From: Thermoplasmata archaeon
Lineage (GTDB): Archaea > Thermoplasmatota > Thermoplasmata > GCA-020350865
Assembly (NCBI GenBank): GCA_020348445.1
Contig: CP070751.1
Coordinates: 3,843,765-3,907,764 of the forward strand
DNA: 64,000 bases
Direction: 5' to 3'
Shown here: in pieces, positions 59,521 to 64,000 of the stretch
Layout of the letters: the number at the start of each line of letters is the position of its first letter
How positions within the stretch are numbered: the stretch's first letter is position 1
Notes under the pieces: model-generated
What the model was told of the DNA's origin: nothing
Database searches by the model: none
What the model saw: only the letters and a program-made list of their open reading frames with translations
Program-made: the position numbers and the translations under genes

Positions 59521-60522
59521 ATGGTAATCGCTTTGGAAAGCAAGGAATTGAGGGAAAAGATACTGGCCAATCCAAAAAGGATCCTGAATATTGCGAAGAA
59601 CATGGGTGCCAATGTAAGGCATTCCGAAAAGCTCTTCGACGCTTTAATGAACGATTTTTTAAGTGCAGATGAGTGGCATAGCAAGTTAGAGGAAATGATC
59701 GACCTCACTTCCCTGGCGATAATTGAATCCCTCAGAGCCGAGTTCAAAAAGCAGGGTCTTGGAGAGTTCGATGTAGAGAAATATTTTCTTAGAGCGATGC
59801 TGCAACTGAAGCAGTCCACCCCAGATAGTATAAAAAAGGCTCAGGAATCGATAAAGAGGGCAAAGACCGAGGCGAAAAGGCTTCAAAGTGCAAAAAAGGA
59901 GACTTTGAAAATTACCCTTGAAATAGAGGCTATGCTAAAGGAAGCAAAAGAGCAAAATAAAGCTAGATCACCCAGAAATGAATATCAAAAAATAGCGGGG
60001 GGCCTCAAAGAGACCTTGAAAGTTTTGGATAGTGGTAACTATGAACTTGCGCTTTACATGGCCAAGAGACTTTCAAAAGAGGCTGAAAATCTCAAAGATA
60101 TCAAGCTCATAGCTCTGAGAAACGCGGCGAAAGCAGGACATGTGGTTTCAAAGGTGAAGGGGGAGGATCCTGGGTCTTTACCTTCAAATGCCCTTACAAA
60201 ATTAAACACCTTTTTAAGCACGATAAAATATCTTCTGGAAGAGGAGGACTATCAAACCGCTACACTTCTTGCAAGAGAGGTGAAGTGCGAGGCCGAGAAG
60301 TTTCTGCCTCCCGATAAGGTGGGCATTTCCAAATATGTCTGTCCCATATGTTTTGACTTAAATTGTCCCAATGTACTTTGCAATCTCAGTATTTCACCAT
60401 CGCCACTGGCAAGGGAAACCTGCAGAACTTACTGCACTTGTGGAATGCTCTATCATATCTGTTGCGTTCAAAAGGGAGCCCATTTAACTTGCGTTTCGTG
60501 TTTGAGGCCTTTGAAGGGATAA
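59521..60522 (+). CDS. Hypothetical coiled-coil protein with C-terminal Cys/His-rich zinc finger
   Basis: Helical K/E-rich body; CPIC...C...C...C..YCTCGMLYHICC...CVSC. Confidence 0.7.
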   Translation: MVIALESKELREKILANPKRILNIAKNMGANVRHSEKLFDALMNDFLSADEWHSKLEEMIDLTSLAIIESLRAEFKKQGLGEFDVEKYFLRAMLQLKQSTPDSIKKAQESIKRAKTEAKRLQSAKKETLKITLEIEAMLKEAKEQNKARSPRNEYQKIAGGLKETLKVLDSGNYELALYMAKRLSKEAENLKDIKLIALRNAAKAGHVVSKVKGEDPGSLPSNALTKLNTFLSTIKYLLEEEDYQTATLLAREVKCEAEKFLPPDKVGISKYVCPICFDLNCPNVLCNLSISPSPLARETCRTYCTCGMLYHICCVQKGAHLTCVSCLRPLKG

Positions 60523-60608
60523 GGATCTAATTATATACACAAATTTTATTTTTCTTTAAACCACAAATCACATAATACCAAAATACAAGTGATTTAAATG
60601 AGTATAAA

Positions 60609-61220
60609 TCAGGAAAAAAACCGTTCTATTTCATTAATAATGGTTACTTTAATGCTCTCTGCCTTCTTTTGAAGATTATCCATGTCATTTTTCGTTTTGC
60701 TTACGAAATCCTCATCTTCAATATATTTCAGGTTCACCTTCACATTCAAGATAGCCCCCGAAAAACCTGAATATGCTAAAAGAGCTCCTACACCAGAGTC
60801 TGTTATGGCATTTTGGTTACCCTTTGCTGTAGTAAATTGCCCTAATTCTATGACCCTAAGGCATTTTTTCGCCACTAAATAAGGTACACTAGCTGCCCTC
60901 TTGTAGGCACTTTGTAGTTTCTCATTTCTTATGGCCTCATCCTTGATTTTGAAGGCTTCCATAACTTCACAGAAAGCCTCCATATCCTTTTTGGAAAGGC
61001 CAAATAGTTCCTCTCTTAGGGCCTCGGCTTCTTCCAAAATCCTTTTCATTTCGTCCTCAACAACCCCATACTTTTTCTTTCCAATGGTGAGATTGCATAC
61101 CATCGAGATCAGGGCAGCGCCAAAGCTGCCTGCAAGGGCGGCCACACTTCCTCCCCCTGGGGCAGGGGAGTCGGAAGATATTTCCTTTAGTAAATCTTCG
61201 ATGTCGGATTCGATATCCAA
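60609..61220 (-). CDS. Formiminotetrahydrofolate cyclodeaminase / FchA-like cyclohydrolase
   Basis: SDSPAPGGGSVAA, GNQNAITDSGVG, NVKVNL; TTG start after GGAGTGAG. Confidence 0.88.
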   Translation of the reverse strand: MDIESDIEDLLKEISSDSPAPGGGSVAALAGSFGAALISMVCNLTIGKKKYGVVEDEMKRILEEAEALREELFGLSKKDMEAFCEVMEAFKIKDEAIRNEKLQSAYKRAASVPYLVAKKCLRVIELGQFTTAKGNQNAITDSGVGALLAYSGFSGAILNVKVNLKYIEDEDFVSKTKNDMDNLQKKAESIKVTIINEIERFFS

Positions 61221-61224
61221 AAAC

Positions 61225-62124
61225 TCACTCCCACAACCTGTTCTCAAGAATCTGGGATTTATCAAAATTCTCAATTCTGAGGTAATAATCTGCAGCATCC
61301 ACAAGGGCGTTCATTGGGATTAAACCCACAATCTCACTACCCAAGATTTCAACACCATATCTTTCAGCTTCCTTCTTAATCATCTCAAAAACCCTGAAGA
61401 TCGGGGTTTGTTGATAATTTGTCAGGTTCATGGAGACCTGAACAATTCCTCGCTCCTTGATCTCCAGCCCAAGGGCCTTGACATATCTGAGACCCCCGCT
61501 GGAGTGCCTTATTGCTTTTGCAATAGATTTTGCTACATTTATATCATTGGTGCTTAGATTGACATTGTACGCCACAAGGGGCATTCTTGCCCCGATTACA
61601 GTTGCACCGGCAGTTGGATGCAGACTACTTGGTCCAAAATCGGGTTTTCTATCAGGATCCTTTGAGATAGCTTCCTTTAGGCCTTCATATTGCCCTTTCC
61701 TGATATTAGCAAGGTTCTGTCTTGTCGGTTTTATGGCCGCGTGTTCATAGAGGTATATAGGTATCTTCAATTTATCTGCTACCTCTTGTCCCAGTTCTTT
61801 TGCCATATTCACACAGTCGTCAATAGTAACTCCTGAAATGGGTATAAAAGGCACAACATCTGTGGCCCCGATTCTGGGATGTTCACCAGAATGCTCGTTC
61901 ATATCAATTAGTTCTGCTGCCTTGGATATGGCGGAAAATGCGGCTTTTTTTACACCTTCAGGTTCTCCCACAAACGTGAAAACACTTCTGTTGTGGTCCT
62001 TGTCAGATTCGTAAGCCAGGAGTCTTACTTTTTCGGTATTCTTGATCTGCTGTGCAATGGCCTCTAAAACTTCTTTATTCCGCCCTTCACTGAAGTTCGG
62101 AACGCACTCCACTATTTTTATCAT
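61225..62124 (-). CDS. ftcD: Glutamate formimidoyltransferase
   Basis: VECVPNFSEGR, DKDHNRSV, HSGEHPRIGATDVVPF, GARMPLVAYN. Confidence 0.95.
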   Translation of the reverse strand: MIKIVECVPNFSEGRNKEVLEAIAQQIKNTEKVRLLAYESDKDHNRSVFTFVGEPEGVKKAAFSAISKAAELIDMNEHSGEHPRIGATDVVPFIPISGVTIDDCVNMAKELGQEVADKLKIPIYLYEHAAIKPTRQNLANIRKGQYEGLKEAISKDPDRKPDFGPSSLHPTAGATVIGARMPLVAYNVNLSTNDINVAKSIAKAIRHSSGGLRYVKALGLEIKERGIVQVSMNLTNYQQTPIFRVFEMIKKEAERYGVEILGSEIVGLIPMNALVDAADYYLRIENFDKSQILENRLWE

Positions 62125-62222
62125 GATATTCGGCCCTCCAAGGGAATGGATAAAAGGGAGAGTTGATATATACGTTTTGGTGTTCTATTAAAAATATACA
62201 ATTTGATAAGGAGTCGGCTGAA

Positions 62223-62828
62223 GTGAAGAAAAAAGCACTGGAGATGACTTTACAAAAAATACCATCTCATCCTGAGCCAAAACCTCGTTTGGAACAGTAT
62301 GCAACACCTGCCAATATCGCAGCAGATGTGCTTTTTCTTGCCCACTCCTTTGGGGATATTGAAAATAAAGTGGTATTTGACCTAGGATGCGGAACCGGGA
62401 CCTTTGCTATAGGTGCTAAGCTACTTGGAGCAAGGGAGGTAATGGGAATAGATATTGATTCCAAAGCCATTGAAATAGCGACTGAAACGGTAGAGAATTT
62501 CGGTTTGGAGGTGGATTTTCGCATATCTGAGATAAAAGATTTTAATATGAAGTGCGATACTGTGCTACAAAATCCGCCTTTTGGGGCGCAGAAAAAGCAT
62601 GCAGATAGACCCTTTATAAAAGTGGCATTAGACATTGCTAAGGTTGTCTATTCGCTTCATCTTGAAAAAACCCGAGAATTCATCGAAGAAGAAGCAAAAA
62701 AACAAAAAGCAAGGGTAACACATACAAAAAGTTACGAATTCGAAATTAGACATACATTCAAATTTCACAGCAAGGAAAAAAAATTCTTTGATGTGATGAT
62801 GTTCAGAATGGAAAAATTGAGGGAATGA
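62223..62828 (+). CDS. METTL5-family SAM methyltransferase
   Basis: LEQYATPA, DLGCGTG, NPPFGAQ. Confidence 0.88.
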   Translation: MKKKALEMTLQKIPSHPEPKPRLEQYATPANIAADVLFLAHSFGDIENKVVFDLGCGTGTFAIGAKLLGAREVMGIDIDSKAIEIATETVENFGLEVDFRISEIKDFNMKCDTVLQNPPFGAQKKHADRPFIKVALDIAKVVYSLHLEKTREFIEEEAKKQKARVTHTKSYEFEIRHTFKFHSKEKKFFDVMMFRMEKLRE

Positions 62829-62829
62829 G

Positions 62830-63393
62830 ATGAACAAGGAGAAGAAAATCGTAATACCAGGGGAGGAGATCGCCACAACTGAGGAATTCCTTGCGGGTGA
62901 GGGAACCTACGAGCAAAAGGGCAGCATTTTCTCGTCCTATTTGGGAAGGTTGAATCTCGATGCTGAGGAGATGGTGGCTAAGGTAGAACCCATAAATCCC
63001 CTGGTGAGGTTAAATGTTGGGGACATGGTCTTGGCCCGTGTGGGTGATGTAAAAAGTAGCATGGTCATCGCAGATGTGGTGCGCGTGGAGGGTAATACCA
63101 GAGCAGTAAGTGGTGAGACTTTAGGTTCTATCCATATTTCCAAGATATCAGAGGGGTATACCGCTGACGTATGGAAGGAGTTCAGAATAGGTGATATTAT
63201 CAGGGCAAAAGTGGTGCAGGTAAAACCCTCTCTTCAACTATCCACGGACAGGCCAAATCTTGGTGTGTTACTTGCATTGTGTACACGGTGTAGAATGCCT
63301 TTGGAAAAAAAGGACAAAACCTTGTTCTGCGAAAACTGTCAACGCTCCGAGTTGAGAAATATAGCCCCTGATTATGGGAGATACGGGCATTAG
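62830..63393 (+). CDS. csl4: Exosome complex RNA-binding protein Csl4
   Basis: VIPGEEI, GEGTYE, S1 domain FRIGDIIRAKV, CTRC...CENC zinc ribbon. Confidence 0.93.
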   Translation: MNKEKKIVIPGEEIATTEEFLAGEGTYEQKGSIFSSYLGRLNLDAEEMVAKVEPINPLVRLNVGDMVLARVGDVKSSMVIADVVRVEGNTRAVSGETLGSIHISKISEGYTADVWKEFRIGDIIRAKVVQVKPSLQLSTDRPNLGVLLALCTRCRMPLEKKDKTLFCENCQRSELRNIAPDYGRYGH

Positions 63394-63481
63394 AAAACAT
63401 CCAGTATTTCTAATATTTGAACCAAGGAAAAGCATAATAATAACCTAAGATATTAACGTAATAACGCAGGGTGAATATGAT

Positions 63482-63667
63482 ATGAGTGCAAGCACAGAGG
63501 AACTTATTAAGGCTGTCAATGAGCTGAAAGTGGAGATTCAACGCATACGGGAAGTTGTGGATATCCTGCTCAATGTGGTGATAGAAGGGGAGTTGGAGGA
63601 GGACGTTCGATTGGAACTCCAGATGAGTTACCTAAAAGACATGGACCCCTTCGGAATGTATAATTAA
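63482..63667 (+). CDS. Small acidic coiled-coil hypothetical protein
   Basis: GGGTGA RBS; heptad-like N-terminus. Confidence 0.55.
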   Translation: MSASTEELIKAVNELKVEIQRIREVVDILLNVVIEGELEEDVRLELQMSYLKDMDPFGMYN

Positions 63668-63980
63668 AAGGATACAAACATTTACTCTGCCACATCCCTT
63701 TTATAAATAGGATATAGGTCTCCTGCAGGATAGCTGATATCACGTGATTTCTGGTATGTAGCGCGGATATAATGTCTAAACAAAAATACCGTGATTCAAT
63801 TATTCATCTTATTACTGATTTGATTCTACAACAGAAAAAACCTTATTTAACCCCTACCTTATCCGTAACTCCAATGAGTATTTCGAGTAACCTCTGAAAA
63901 AGGAGAGTGGAACCGAGGTATCCTTATAATGAACACTTATACCATACAGTTGGTATCTAGCGGGAGGAAAGTTGATTGAT

Positions 63981-64000
63981 ATGGACCTTGAAGAAGCCGC
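63981..64000 (+). CDS. Probable gene start truncated by window end
   Basis: GGGAGG RBS then ATG GAC CTT GAA GAA GCC. Confidence 0.3.

Noticed and set aside
321-63400. Numerous short overlapping ORFs in the track
   Set aside because: Opposite-strand or off-frame shadows of well-supported genes, without recognisable motifs

Overview
Archaeal chromosome segment, most likely Thermoplasmata. This rests on Cgi121, aIF-5A, archaeosine TgtA, PurP, archaeal pantothenate synthetase, class I LysRS, Csl4, a GfcR-like protein and TATA/GGTGA signals; the finer lineage is an inference. No CRISPR array, integrase or transposase was seen. Main content: (1) an NfnB/GltD-like - HdrL/HdrA - MvhD - MetV - MetF operon, plus scattered tetrahydrofolate C1 genes (fhs, acsE-like, purH, ftcD and a cyclodeaminase); (2) a tandem cassette array of secreted beta-helix surface proteins alternating with small paralogous secreted proteins (12.8-22.2 kb); (3) housekeeping genes. 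The standout is 52.6-56.2 kb. A full-length bacterial-type glutaminyl-tRNA synthetase (glnS), an enzyme archaea are classically held to lack, sits between a typical archaeal tRNA-Gln(CUG, A73) and a 406-bp duplication carrying two divergent tRNA-Gln genes (UUG and CUG). These two have archaeal A1-U72 but the G73/G10 identity elements read by E. coli GlnRS. All three tRNAs are embedded in arrays of acceptor-stem copies and anti-copies that suggest alternative RNA folds. All assignments come from motif recognition by eye; no database search was run.
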